The notes under the pieces were generated by a model. The model saw only the letters and a program-made list of their open reading frames with translations, did not search any database and was not told the DNA's origin. This document shows positions 63,552 to 64,000 of a DNA stretch of 64,000 bases, piece by piece. The DNA is from Obrimoposthia wandeli (Eukaryota), in assembly GCA_977020255.1 (NCBI GenBank), contig CDROCS010000457.1, positions 372,001-436,000 of the forward strand, given 5' to 3'. A program made the position numbers and the translations under genes. Within the stretch, counting starts at the first letter, position 1. Each line of letters opens with the position of its first letter.

Positions 63552-64000
63552 CTACACAAGATATATATGTTGTATATACATTGCTAATCGATTTTCGTTT
63601 GTGATTTATAAATTTTTTTAAACTTCATTATTTCAATTTTTACGATTATTTGACTCTCTTAAAAATAACGAATTTCTGGGTAGGGACGTGGATCTCCTTT
63701 CTCCGTTCATAAATATCTATAAAACATGTTTGGATAAATATTCTGTCAATGCTTTAATTTCTTTTGAAGGTCTTCATGTAATTTTTAAATATTTCGTAGA
63801 CAACTCCCCCTACCATTTCATTGAGAAATCTAACAGCTTTTTCTCGTTTAAATGACTATTTTACTACATATCTTTTTGGTTTCAATCGGTACTGAATGTG
63901 AATGTTTGCTGGCAAATATGGGCGTACGTTTTAGCGTAGTTTTTGGTGAAGTGGCAGATCCAACGATGCCAGTTGAGGGCTGGCAAAATAAAGTTAAAGT

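Noticed and set aside
1-64000. tRNA, rRNA or snRNA genes and alternative genetic code
   Set aside because: No recognisable box A/B cloverleaf or conserved RNA motifs; intact genes end in TAA or TGA with no in-frame stops.

Overview
AT-rich animal genomic DNA with GT-AG introns, the standard code and no RNA genes I could support. Four kinds of content are present. (1) Three spliced host genes: the 3' part of a class A GPCR (4557-10207, +), a complete 9-exon NUP85 (24327-28299, -), and a CEP95 orthologue of at least 10 exons over about 24 kb (39219-63551, -). (2) Three intact, intronless Pim-like Ser/Thr kinases sharing atypical catalytic motifs: no Gly-rich loop, HRD to Y[I/L]D, DFG to DFE. 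(3) Two decayed, oppositely oriented copies of a Polinton/adintovirus-type endogenous virus (1-3605 + and about 15800-17901 -). The second is invisible in the ORF track and retains a full-length hexon remnant. (4) Decayed transposons (piggyBac, mariner/Tc1, pogo, MULE, Ty3/gypsy), hAT and pogo-type MITEs with target-site duplications (TSDs), and several tandem arrays. Exon GC content rises sharply from AT-rich 5' exons with introns of about 40 nt to GC-rich 3' exons. All homology calls come from motif recognition by eye and recalled reference sequences; no database search was run.
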